A DNA stretch of 49,713 nt from an uncultured Bacilli bacterium. Lineage in GTDB: Bacteria > Bacillota_I > Bacilli_A > RF39 > UBA660. Below the pieces are notes generated by a model, which did no database searches, was not told the DNA's origin, and was given only the letters and a program-made list of their open reading frames with translations. The stretch lies in contig CAJUCU010000004.1 of the NCBI GenBank assembly GCA_910585335.1, forward strand, positions 2,828-52,540, in the 5' to 3' direction. Positions 11,918 to 21,300 of this stretch are shown here, in pieces; the first letter of the stretch is position 1; every line of letters begins with the position of its first letter. Position numbers and translations under genes: made by a program.

Positions 11918-12211
11918 TCACGGTAACCGTAAAATAAACTCTCCATCTTTAGAATACAAATACTTTTCTCTAGCATATCGCGCAATATAATCAGGATCTT
12001 GCAACTTATCAGCATCTACTTTTAAAGCCTCTTCTTTTTCTTTTAAACTAGTAAGTTTCTTCTCTAGTTGTTTTTTCTCTTGATATTTTGCCAATATCTC
12101 AACCCAGTAACGCCCAATAGAGAAGGTAGTAACAATAATGATAATAAAAGAACCAAGGCCTAAAAAAATAATTCTTCTTTTGGTTTTTTTATTTTTTGAC
12201 CCCTTTGCCAC
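11918..12211 (-). CDS. divIC: Septum formation initiator, FtsB/DivIC family
   Basis: 97 aa: basic N-terminus, one TM segment, a coiled coil, and the C-terminal motif DPDYIARYAREKYLYSKDGE. GTG start behind GGAAGGTGG. Confidence 0.75.
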   Translation of the reverse strand: MAKGSKNKKTKRRIIFLGLGSFIIIIVTTFSIGRYWVEILAKYQEKKQLEKKLTSLKEKEEALKVDADKLQDPDYIARYAREKYLYSKDGEFILRLP

Positions 12212-12324
12212 TATACCACCTTCCTATCTACTATAAATTATAGCCTATGTCAAGAAAAGTAACAATATCAATTAATCGACATTTACAACATTTGACAACA
12301 CAATTTCAAAAGAGATTCTTCCAA

Positions 12325-12365
12325 CAAAAAATGTTAGTTTTCTCTTCAAAGAAAAAACTAACATT
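12325..12365 (-). terminator. Rho-independent terminator after yabQ
   Basis: 12-bp perfect stem AATGTTAGTTTT/AAAACTAACATT with a 12-nt loop, followed by TTTTTGTTGG on the minus strand. Confidence 0.75.
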
Positions 12366-12395
12366 CCATGATATAGTCTCTTAAATTCAACAAAA

Positions 12396-12704
12396 CTACT
12401 CTTTTTTAGATACTTTTTTAAATTTCTGTAAAAAATTGCGTAGCTGCTTCGTATTACAAAATCCAAGTAGGAAACCTAAAAATATAAGTAAAAAGAAATA
12501 AAAATGCAAAACACCACCATTTAAAATTTTAAGAACCAAAAAATATATAAGAGACATATCTACTACGAAAATAAAATTAATGAGAATTTGAAACCACTTT
12601 TTCTGTGAAAACAAAAGGGTATAATGAAAATTCACACAAAATCCAAAAAAGATACCAAATACAAAAGAATAAATAAGGGATGAAATTTGTGTTTGTAAGG
12701 CCAT
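12396..12704 (-). CDS. yabQ: Spore cortex biosynthesis protein YabQ-like small membrane protein
   Basis: 102 aa with 3 TM segments. It sits directly after yabP and before divIC, as in Bacillus and Clostridium. Confidence 0.55.
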   Translation of the reverse strand: MALQTQISSLIYSFVFGIFFGFCVNFHYTLLFSQKKWFQILINFIFVVDMSLIYFLVLKILNGGVLHFYFFLLIFLGFLLGFCNTKQLRNFLQKFKKVSKKE

Positions 12705-12706
12705 AA

Positions 12707-12997
12707 TTACTTAAATAATCGATTAAAAATCGTATTCTCCTTATTTTTATGATTTCCATCCTCTAAATAATTCATCCCAGAAACTAGACCTTTGATAATA
12801 ACTGTTCCCTGCATTGTATCTAATTTAATAAGCTCTAAACCTTCACCTTTTACTAAAAGATAACCCATCACTGTATCCATCATAAATTGTTCATTATCAA
12901 AGTTGTCAATTTTCTTAACACCTGAAATCATTAAATTTTTTCTTTCTGTTAAACTAATTGCATGATTATAATTATTAATATTCTCACTTTTATCCAT
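12707..12997 (-). CDS. yabP: Sporulation protein YabP
   Basis: ISLTERKNLMISGVKKIDNFDNEQFMMDTVMGYLLVKGEGLELIKLD matches my recollection of the YabP family, and the synteny fits. Confidence 0.8.
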   Translation of the reverse strand: MDKSENINNYNHAISLTERKNLMISGVKKIDNFDNEQFMMDTVMGYLLVKGEGLELIKLDTMQGTVIIKGLVSGMNYLEDGNHKNKENTIFNRLFK

Positions 12998-13050
12998 TAG
13001 ATCCTCCTTATTATACTATATGAAAAATAAGGAGAAATAGAAGAGAATAA

Positions 13051-13608
13051 TTAATTTTTTATACTTTTAGTAAGAACATTTTGAACTGCAGTCTCTTGAC
13101 CATTAGCAAAAGCATCTTCTAAAAAGGAAATTTTTAAATAATGATGAAATTCTCTAGCCTCAAGTGGAGATGGAAACAAAACTGTATGTTTTTTTTCATA
13201 TTCTTCACATAAAGAAATAGGCACATTAAATGCATCAGAAAGAGGTTTTTCTAAATCAACATAAGTACGAAATTCAGCGTTCTTAGAATCTCTAGGAACT
13301 AAAATATCAGCAGAACCATGTACAATGTCGCATTCTGATGAAGTTTGATAAGTTCCTAAACAAATCATAATACCATTAGTATCCTCAATTTCCATTTTAT
13401 ATCTAGAGTATGCTTTGCGAATACCTTCAAATGGAAAAATATGAACTGTCGCACTATCTGATGCTTCCTCACTTAGAGCCAAATACTCTTGTACAACAGG
13501 ATTTTCAAGCAACTGAGCCAATCTATTATTGATTCGTCTAAGCTCCTTTTGCTCTTCTTGCATTGACAAATACTCTTTTCTCATTTTTTGTAATACTTCT
13601 TCTTTCAT
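13051..13608 (-). CDS. Hypothetical protein, 185 aa
   Basis: I start it at ATG 13608 (MKEEVLQKMRK). The upstream in-frame ATG GGA GGA is itself the GGAGG SD, 7 nt before this ATG. N-terminal coiled coil, no recognised family. Confidence 0.6.
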   Translation of the reverse strand: MKEEVLQKMRKEYLSMQEEQKELRRINNRLAQLLENPVVQEYLALSEEASDSATVHIFPFEGIRKAYSRYKMEIEDTNGIMICLGTYQTSSECDIVHGSADILVPRDSKNAEFRTYVDLEKPLSDAFNVPISLCEEYEKKHTVLFPSPLEAREFHHYLKISFLEDAFANGQETAVQNVLTKSIKN

Positions 13609-13661
13609 AAAAATTCCTCCCATATAATGAAATAATGACCACTATTTTAACAAAGTCAACT

Positions 13662-13688
13662 CAAAAGAAAAGACACATAAAATGTGTC
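13662..13688 (-). terminator. Rho-independent terminator after spoVG
   Basis: GACACAT-TTT-ATGTGTC followed by TTTTCTTTTG, directly after the TAG stop. Confidence 0.7.
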
Positions 13689-13967
13689 CTACTCTTCTGT
13701 TTCAGGAGCATCTTCTGCATTATTATATGCTTCAATAATCGCTTCTTCAAACATACTACGTACTTCTGGATTAATTGGGTGAGCAATATCACGATATGCA
13801 CCAGTAGCAGTTTTACGACTAGGCATAGCGATAAACAATCCATTATCTCCTTCAATAACACGAATATCATGAACTGCAAAACTATCATCTAATAAAACAG
13901 ATGCAATCCCTTTCATACGTGAACCCTCTTTTTCGATTTTACGTACATTTACAGATGTAATCTTCAT
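13689..13967 (-). CDS. spoVG: Septation/regulatory protein SpoVG
   Basis: [52 protein letters not shown] is the canonical SpoVG sequence. Confidence 0.93.
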   Translation of the reverse strand: MKITSVNVRKIEKEGSRMKGIASVLLDDSFAVHDIRVIEGDNGLFIAMPSRKTATGAYRDIAHPINPEVRSMFEEAIIEAYNNAEDAPETEE

Positions 13968-14007
13968 ATGTTTTCCTCCCTCTTAAAGTCTACAACTTTA
14001 TAATTAC

Positions 14008-14036
14008 ATTTTATAATAAGAGTTTACAAAATGCAA
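14008..14036 (-). promoter_or_regulatory. Candidate promoter for spoVG
   Basis: Minus-strand TTGCAT, 17-nt spacer, TAAAAT. Confidence 0.4.
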
Positions 14037-14077
14037 CTATTTTTACACTAATAGACAGAAAATAAAAATAATTAAAA

Positions 14078-14296
14078 TTAGTCCATAATTTCTAAGCTAT
14101 TAGTCAAAATATCACTATAACTAAAGGACTTAATTCTACTGAAATCATCTGTAGTTTCAATAATAAAGATAGCAGGATAAATCTCAACTATTTTTCCAGA
14201 AAATTCCTCTACTTGATTACGACTACCATTAAATTTGAATTTATGTTCTTGATTCGCTTGATTCTCTATCATTTTACGCACTTTTTCTATTGTCAT
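14078..14296 (-). CDS. veg: Veg protein (biofilm formation stimulator family)
   Basis: 72 aa. FSGKIVEIYPAIFIIETTDD...SFSYSDILTNSLEI parallels B. subtilis Veg (recalled). It lies next to yabG as in Bacillus. Confidence 0.8.
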   Translation of the reverse strand: MTIEKVRKMIENQANQEHKFKFNGSRNQVEEFSGKIVEIYPAIFIIETTDDFSRIKSFSYSDILTNSLEIMD

Positions 14297-14799
14297 CTTG
14301 GATACCCCACATACATCGTCCCCATCGTGATAATTCCACCAATGCCATCACTACCATACTTCGTTTTCTCAATCAGAGAGATTAAATCAATGCTTTTATT
14401 CTTTTCAGAAAGTGCAATACTAGAAGCAATAATGGCAGGATCTAATGCATGAATATTAATCCGTTTCGGACTAGAAGCAAAATTAGCACCTGCTTTAATC
14501 AGTTCTTCATAATTAGATTGACAAGCACCTGCAATCACAATCAGTTTATCTTGACTCTTCTCATACTCACGAACCTGTTGAACTGCCTTAATAAAACTAG
14601 GGCTATTTTGATAACTGCTCTCTTTTCGTTTATTATAAGAATCATGTCCTGTAATAACAACAATATCAGGATGATAATCATGAACCCACCCAAGTATGTG
14701 TTCATGTACTTCTTTTTCGTTCATCTTAACACCATAGGCTTTGACATTCAAATTTTTATAAAACTTCATACACCGATCAAGATAATCAGAGTCTCCATC
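14293..14799 (-). CDS. yabG: 3' segment of the split sporulation protease gene yabG (catalytic part)
   Basis: The frame is open from 14811. From the shared DGD codons it reads DGD-SDYLDRCMKFYKNLNVKAYGV...DIVVITGHDSY...LIVIAGACQSNYEELIKAGANFASSP.RINIHALDP. These match the YabG (U57) conserved blocks. The ORF-track entry 14293..14769 is the part downstream of an internal ATG. Confidence 0.85.
   Translation of the reverse strand, partial: DGDSDYLDRCMKFYKNLNVKAYGVKMNEKEVHEHILGWVHDYHPDIVVITGHDSYNKRKESSYQNSPSFIKAVQQVREYEKSQDKLIVIAGACQSNYEELIKAGANFASSPKRINIHALDPAIIASSIALSEKNKSIDLISLIEKTKYGSDGIGGIITMGTMYVGYPR
14792..14799. repeat. Left copy of the 8-bp junction core TCTCCATC (attL-like)
   Basis: Identical to 29127-29134. 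On the coding strand it reads GATGGAGA and lies inside the Asp-Gly-Asp codons of yabG. Confidence 0.8.
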
Positions 14800-14860
14800 T
14801 GCTGACGCTTGTTAAATAACTAAATATAAAATTTACCTTTCTGATAAATATAGATTTAAT

Positions 14861-14899
14861 AAAGATAAGTAGACCTGGTTATATAGTTATCTTATCTTT
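14861..14899 (-). terminator. Hairpin downstream of the recombinase genes (possible weak terminator)
   Basis: AAAGATAAG ... CTTATCTTT: a 9-bp stem with a 21-nt loop and no strong T run. Confidence 0.25.
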
Positions 14900-14927
14900 C
14901 ATCAAATAAATTGAAACAAAATACTTC

Positions 14928-16490
14928 TTAATATAATTTAATTTCTTTTGATTTCTCTACTCCAAACTTAAATGAAATCTCTATAGTATGATCTTTATAA
15001 ATAATAAATTTATCTATCAAGTCCTTTATAACATCATAAATTAAATTATCGCTACTGATAAACTGATTATATTTTTTTAATAATTCTTGTTTTCTTAATG
15101 TCTCATTTTTTGACTCTATAACTTTCTTTAATAGCCTTTCAGATTGCTCTTTGAGTAGAGATTCTGCTTCCTTTTTTTCGATAAAATCAGCTAAGCTAAT
15201 TTCTCCAGTTGTTTTTTTCAAATATAAGTTTCTAACATTAGTATTATGAAGTTCTATCTTTTCTTTTAACTTAGCAATCTTTAAATTAGTCCTTTCCGCT
15301 TTTAATAACCTCTTTGCTGCTTTTATAGTTATCTCATCTTTATCAGTATATGAGTGAATTAATTTTTTGACTGTATTAGTAACTATTAATTGAAGCCTAG
15401 AATCTGCAATGGTCCTATTCGGACAACGTTTCCTGTCATCTACTCTTGTACATGCAAAATGATATTTAATATGACCATTTTCTCTTTTTCTTCTACAAAC
15501 AGTCATAATATTGCCACATTCACCGCATATTACTAATTTACTAAATAAACCATTATAATCGTTTTTTTCTTTTCGCTTCATCGTTTTTAATTGATTATTT
15601 GCCTCATCAAACAACTCTTCTGTTATGATTCCAGGATGACAATGATTAATTGTTTCTCTATCTCTTATGGGAATAAAATCTCTTTTCTTCTGATGATAAT
15701 TCCTCTTAGAAGATTTTCTTTTCACAATTTTACCTGTATATGTTTTATTTTTTAGTATTCGATAAATAATTTTATCTGACCAGTCAAAATAATATTTTTT
15801 CTTCTCACTTTGGGTCATATTCATATAAATAATAGGTGGTAGTATCCCATCTTTATTTAATTCAGCAGCAACCTCACTTCTTGTCCTTCCACTTGCTATT
15901 TCAGAAAATATTCTTTTTACAATACTTGCTGAATACTCATCAATTTCTAATGTCCTTCTGCCATTTTCCTTTTTAATTCTATAACCATAAGGTGGTAGGG
16001 GCCCAATAAATTGTCCCTCCTCTGTTTTTGATTCTGCTACCTGCTTTCTTTTTGTTGATACCTCTTTCACATACCGATCATTGATAAGTGCTTTTATTTC
16101 CATCATAATTTGTTGTTCACAAACATCAACACTATCACTATCAAACGAATCATTGATAGCAATATATCTAACATTATTTCTAGGAAAATACTCTCCTATA
16201 TAATAAGCAGTTTCTATAAAGTTCCTACCAAGTCTAGACATATCTTTTGTTATAACAGTTCCAACAAGCCCACTTTCTATATCATCTTTTAACTCTTCAA
16301 ATGCTGGTCTATCAAAACTCGCTCCAGAATAACCGTCATCAACATATTCTTTATCAATATGAAGTCCCTTTTCCATAGCATAAGACTGAATGATTGCTAA
16401 CTGATGATAAATACTGGAAGAAAATTCTTTTAACTTATTAATATCTTCTTGAGATAGTCTTCCATAAGCAACAGTCAATTTATTAACCAT
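14928..16490 (-). CDS. Large serine recombinase (downstream member of a coupled pair)
   Basis: Resolvase catalytic domain (VAYGRLSQED, DDGYSGASFDRP, VITKDMSRLGRN), a recombinase domain, the zinc ribbon CGECG...C..RVDDRKRCPN and a C-terminal coiled coil. Confidence 0.92.
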   Translation of the reverse strand: MVNKLTVAYGRLSQEDINKLKEFSSSIYHQLAIIQSYAMEKGLHIDKEYVDDGYSGASFDRPAFEELKDDIESGLVGTVITKDMSRLGRNFIETAYYIGEYFPRNNVRYIAINDSFDSDSVDVCEQQIMMEIKALINDRYVKEVSTKRKQVAESKTEEGQFIGPLPPYGYRIKKENGRRTLEIDEYSASIVKRIFSEIASGRTRSEVAAELNKDGILPPIIYMNMTQSEKKKYYFDWSDKIIYRILKNKTYTGKIVKRKSSKRNYHQKKRDFIPIRDRETINHCHPGIITEELFDEANNQLKTMKRKEKNDYNGLFSKLVICGECGNIMTVCRRKRENGHIKYHFACTRVDDRKRCPNRTIADSRLQLIVTNTVKKLIHSYTDKDEITIKAAKRLLKAERTNLKIAKLKEKIELHNTNVRNLYLKKTTGEISLADFIEKKEAESLLKEQSERLLKKVIESKNETLRKQELLKKYNQFISSDNLIYDVIKDLIDKFIIYKDHTIEISFKFGVEKSKEIKLY

Positions 16491-18073
16491 TAATTGCCTC
16501 CATTAAGGCTAAAATTAAAGAATATTTTTACTGTTTTATCCTCTTTAATTTCAATTTTATTTATAAGTGTTTTAAGCATTTCTTTATCAAAACTCTTAGC
16601 TCCAAAAAAATCATGAATATACTTTTGCTTTGTTTTTTCGTCTGTTAATAAATTTTTAGATTCGCTAATTGAAGTTTTCAAAACAGATATTTTAACATCA
16701 CATTCTCTTCTGTCTTTTTCTAACTCATTTTTAATTCCAACAAACTCTTCTGTCGATAGAACACCAGAGGCTTTATCTTTATATAAGTCACTAATTGCTT
16801 TATCAATCATAATTATTTTAGATTGAAGATGATGGAAAGCGGTTGTATATTCACGCAATATGTCAGAAGTATTCAAAACGTTTTCATATTTTTTTGCCAG
16901 CTCCTCCACCTTAGAATACTTTAACAAAATAGTTTTAATTTGATCTAATACAAGGTTATTTAAGTCTTCTTCTCTATAATAGTGCATAGAACAAACACCA
17001 TTCCGATAAGTAGCATAAGTTCTACATAAATAAATTGGTGTCACAACTTCAGAATCCGTCTGTTTTTTAACTCTTCTCACAGACATAGTACAACCACAGT
17101 CAGCACACATAACCAATCCCTTCAATAAATAATCATATTTTCTATGTCTAATATCATTTTTTCTTTTTGAAGAATTTACTCGTTCAAATAACTCATTAGA
17201 TATTAATGCAGGAATTGCATTTTTTTTAACAATCCATTTGTTTTTAGAGAGCAATCTCTTCTTTTTTGATTTTAGACTTACTTTTTCGTATTTTCCCTGT
17301 ATCAAAGTTCCAATATAATTTTCATTTTGTAATAAATGTTTTACTGTAGAAGCTTTCCATAAATTCGTGGTAATGGTTGTCCTCTTTAGTTTTTTACCTC
17401 TATATACATCTGGAGGTAATATTCCTTGTTCAGTTAAATACCTTGCAATCATTCCCTCTGTCTTACCATTATCCTTCATTTCAAAAATCTTAGATACAAT
17501 TGGTGCAGCATATTCATCAATAACAAGCTTTTTACTATTCTCTTCAGACCTCTTATAACCATAAGGAACAGTTCCAGAAACAAAGTCACCATTTTTCATC
17601 ATATTATGTCTTACACTTTTAATTTTCTTTGATATATCTTTTAAATACATATCATTAATAACTGCCTTAAAGGGCAACATATCTTCAGATCCATTTGGGT
17701 TTAAAGTATCATAATTATCTAATATAGCAATATATCTAATATTATGTTCTGGAAAGTATTTAAAAACATAATTTCCTGTTTCTATAAACTCTCTTCCAAG
17801 TCTAGACATATCTTTCGTTATAACACAATTAATAATGCCATTTTCAATATCATTTATAAGTCTCTTAAATCCTGGCCTATCATAATTTCCACCAGAACAT
17901 CCATCATCAACATAGTAGTCGTATATTTCAATATTATTTTTTAGGGCATATTCTTTTATAAAATCTCTTTGATTGGCAATACTAATGCTTTCAACATTAC
18001 CGTTTTTATCCTCTATTGAAAGTCTCAAATAAGCACCTGCCCGATATGTTTGTTTAGTTAAGTAATCGACCAT
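16490..18073 (-). CDS. Large serine recombinase (upstream member of a coupled pair)
   Basis: AYLRLSIED, DDGCSGGNYDRP, VITKDMSRLGRE and the zinc ribbon CADCGC...C. Its TAA stop overlaps the next ATG (TAATG at 16488-16492). Confidence 0.92.
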   Translation of the reverse strand: MVDYLTKQTYRAGAYLRLSIEDKNGNVESISIANQRDFIKEYALKNNIEIYDYYVDDGCSGGNYDRPGFKRLINDIENGIINCVITKDMSRLGREFIETGNYVFKYFPEHNIRYIAILDNYDTLNPNGSEDMLPFKAVINDMYLKDISKKIKSVRHNMMKNGDFVSGTVPYGYKRSEENSKKLVIDEYAAPIVSKIFEMKDNGKTEGMIARYLTEQGILPPDVYRGKKLKRTTITTNLWKASTVKHLLQNENYIGTLIQGKYEKVSLKSKKKRLLSKNKWIVKKNAIPALISNELFERVNSSKRKNDIRHRKYDYLLKGLVMCADCGCTMSVRRVKKQTDSEVVTPIYLCRTYATYRNGVCSMHYYREEDLNNLVLDQIKTILLKYSKVEELAKKYENVLNTSDILREYTTAFHHLQSKIIMIDKAISDLYKDKASGVLSTEEFVGIKNELEKDRRECDVKISVLKTSISESKNLLTDEKTKQKYIHDFFGAKSFDKEMLKTLINKIEIKEDKTVKIFFNFSLNGGN

Positions 18074-18154
18074 TTAAAACCTCACTTTCTCTTAACCAAC
18101 TTCCCATAATCCAGTCATTATAAAATATCTCTAAATAAATTACAAATACAAAAT

Positions 18155-18283
18155 TTATAGATTTTCTGTATTTAGTAAAGTAGACCTCAAATATCTTTCA
18201 AAGGCTTCAAGTATCTTATCATTTATGGATGGTGCATTATCATCATATACACATACAACTAATTCCCTATTTTCCTCTTTCAT
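18155..18283 (-). CDS. Unannotated 42-codon ORF immediately upstream of the recombinase genes
   Basis: My own translation: MKEENRELVVCVYDDNAPSINDKILEAFERYLRSTLLNTENL. It has a strong SD (GGGAGGCAGATT ATG). It falls below the length cutoff of the ORF track. Confidence 0.35.
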   Translation of the reverse strand: MKEENRELVVCVYDDNAPSINDKILEAFERYLRSTLLNTENL

Positions 18284-18324
18284 AATCTGCCTCCCATAAA
18301 GTTTATGAACAAGAAACAAATTTA

Positions 18325-18378
18325 ATGAAAAAAAGATATACCTTTCGCTGAAAAATTCAACTTTTATTGTATATCTTT
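18325..18378 (-). terminator. Possible terminator after the giant surface-protein gene
   Basis: AAGATATAC ... GTATATCTT: a 9-bp stem with a large 27-nt loop, followed by T7 on the minus strand. Confidence 0.35.
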
Positions 18379-18399
18379 TTTACTATTATTAATCTTTTG

Positions 18400-21300
18400 T
18401 TATCTAAGTTCTGGATAACCCTTAGCAGAAAGCTTATCTAAATTCCAAAGAGTCTCATCAAAACCTAGATCTTTATAAAATTGTGCATTCAAATTGTTTT
18501 TAGAAACACTGATAAGTTTTCCCTTAGTATTATCACTAACTCTACTTGAACCAGTCTCTTCTAAAACCTCATAACAATTGCTTAAAGCAGCAAGTATTTG
18601 TGCTTCAACCGCACCAGTAAATTTATATGGTATAAACTCAGTACCATCAGTTGCAACATATCCGGTCATATTACCAAAAGCAATGGTATTTTTAACAACT
18701 GGAGTATTATAAATATTACCAATCACAGAAGCATTAAATACACTATTTCCAAGATTATTATAAGTGTTACTTGTTTTATTAACGGATACATCAGTAACAA
18801 CATTTTCTACAATTGATCCATTTTGTTGTAGTGCACCAACAAGTCCTCCATTTTCTGTTGAAGTTACATTAAGAGTTCCTTGAACAAAAACATTAGAAAT
18901 CTTTCCACCATATTTACGTCCAACAAATGTTGATACATACACACCACTACCAGTAACATTAGCATTCTTAACAGAAATATTTTCAAATACAGAATTAGCA
19001 TTATCACGACCATCCATTCCAGAAAGAACAGCAACATTATTATATCCTGATAAAGTAATATTCTCAAACTTCGCATTTCTTACTGTAGATGTAAATGTCT
19101 GCTTAGCAAATGCTGCTACGAAGTTGCTACTCTCCGTATTACCTGGTCTGATATTACTAAAATCTCTAATTGTAAAGTTTTCTGCAGTTCCTCTAAAGTT
19201 TGCAAATAAGCTGGCATTTGTAAGATTACTGAATGTATGACCATTACCATCAATTTTACCATTAAATTGAGCAGTAACTACAGCCCCTTCACTATATGTT
19301 TTACCAGTAAAGTCTATATCATTATCAAGTATATATATACCACTAGGATCTTCATTTAATTTAGCCATATCATCTGCTGAAGTAATATGATAAGTAAGCT
19401 TTTCAACTGTACAATCTCTAGTCACTACATTACTTACAGTTCCACCAATTAAACTTAAATCATCTCTTCCACCAAAATTCATTTTTAAATTTGAAACATC
19501 AATTTTTTCAATAGTACTCATTTCCGAACGATAAGATAACGCACCTGCATTACTAATCGTTTTTGGAATATTAGTATTTTCAAACTTAATATTTCCTACA
19601 TAACCATATCTAATTTTATTAAATATAGGCAATGTATTTCCAATGATTTTATGACCATTTCCGTCTAATCTACCCATAAATGTTTGAGTAACATTCGTTG
19701 TCATATGAGAAAAATCAATATCATTATCTAATACATAATAACCATATGGTTGAGCATTAATCTTTTCAACTAATTCTTCTGCAGTTTTAATATGATTTAC
19801 TTCAACTGTTGTTCCAAGAGGATCATCAACAAAGTCATTCGTAATACTCTTTAAGTAATGATAATATATTTTTCTAAGATTTGTTCTTGAAGTCGCGTTT
19901 CTATTCGTATCACTTGATAAAGCTTGATAGAATCTTTCAATCATATAATCGACATCAATATACTTATTGTTTCTTATATTTTCTTCAACAGTAGCATATC
20001 TACTCATCTTATATTCTTTCCAATTCATTGCTGTTCCAGTAACAGACTTTGTAATTTTTTGAATAGCATCAAGATCTGTTTTGGTGTTTCCTCTTCCGTA
20101 AGTAACATATCCATCAACTCCTGCATAACCAAGCATTTCAAAATAATTACGTTTTGCTGAGAATGCATCTGGAATACCATTATCATTATGACCGATATAC
20201 CAACGATTTACCCAAACAGACTCAAATCCATAATCGTTGCTACCAAGACTATTAATTACTTTAAGACCTCTTACACTTACACCCCATGCATTTTCTGGAC
20301 GTATAATAATTCTATTATCATATAAAGATTCTAGTGAGGTTAAATTCATTTGTTCTGCTTGAGCTGCAGTAATCGCTCCCCAAGTAGACCATGATCCAGA
20401 CTGATTCATTCTTGTTGCAACTCTAGCTTGTTGCTCTGGTGTTAATCTTATAAAGGCTTTACCTTCAATATAATCAAGCAAGTCTAACGCATTCTGTTGT
20501 CCTTTAAAATAATTTTCTAATTTTTCTCTAGTATCAATTCTATCAGGACTTAAATTTTGAGTTGCATTTCCTTCCTTATTTAAATCATAAGTTGTATTAA
20601 AGTAATATGGTCCAACATCTTGTGCAAGGTTATTTTCACTCCAAACACCATTTTGTTGAACATTACCTTCAGTAAGAGTTTCAAGACCAGCCTTAAATCT
20701 AGTTCCAGCTTGGAATAACATTATTTTATCAAATAAAGCATGTTCAAATTCATGAGTCCAAGTATCAAAATTAGTAAGACCTGGTCTAGCTATGAACCAT
20801 AAGAATCCTGCAGTATTTCCAACACCAGCAGCACTTCCACCTGGTTGCCATAAGCCTAATACCTCACTAAAGTTTTTGAAGAATGGATAATTTTGTCCAA
20901 CTTTTCCTTGAGTATATACAGGTGAAGTACCTATTACAATATTAGTACCTGGAAAATATGAATTTTTATAACTTGTAATGATTTTAGTACAGTCATAAAC
21001 CATAATACAATAATTATTCCATTTTCCTGGATCAAATGAACCAGCTAATGTACTCAAATGCCTCTTTACAAGATTCAAATGATCATTAACTTTTTTTTGA
21101 ACTGCGGCTCTTCCTGCAGCAGTATTTACATCTTTATGATACAACTGTGAAGGTCCAATCTGTAAATGAGCAGGTCCACTAACGATATATGTACAATCAG
21201 CTGGTAGAGTAATAATTGGAAGTATCATTCTACTATTTTTCTTAATCTGATACCAAGCACGATATAAAATAGCAGGATTTTTATCTACTCCAAATTCAGC

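Noticed and set aside
11791-12015. N-terminal extensions in the ORF track for tilS. Similar extensions occur for dnaX (49540..49599), rsmA (30252..30296), spoVT (38704..38745), rsmI (44374..44391), yaaT (45850..45891), and the 224-aa and 161-aa ORFs.
   Set aside because: Family N-termini and strong SD sequences point to internal starts. The extensions overlap upstream genes or intergenic signals.
12272-12466. 64-aa ORF between yabQ and divIC. The overlapping ORFs 12577..12759, 13661..13888, 34461..34703, 36290..36472, 37484..37681, 6896..7138, 7271..7459 and 18864..19076 are in the same category.
   Set aside because: They overlap better-supported genes in other frames or span a terminator hairpin. 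They have no SD and junk-like composition.
14864-18188. Shared 10-mer AAGTAGACCT downstream of the recombinase genes (about 14868) and upstream of them (about 18175).
   Set aside because: 10-nt matches are expected many times by chance in 50 kb of AT-rich DNA. There is no extended similarity around them.
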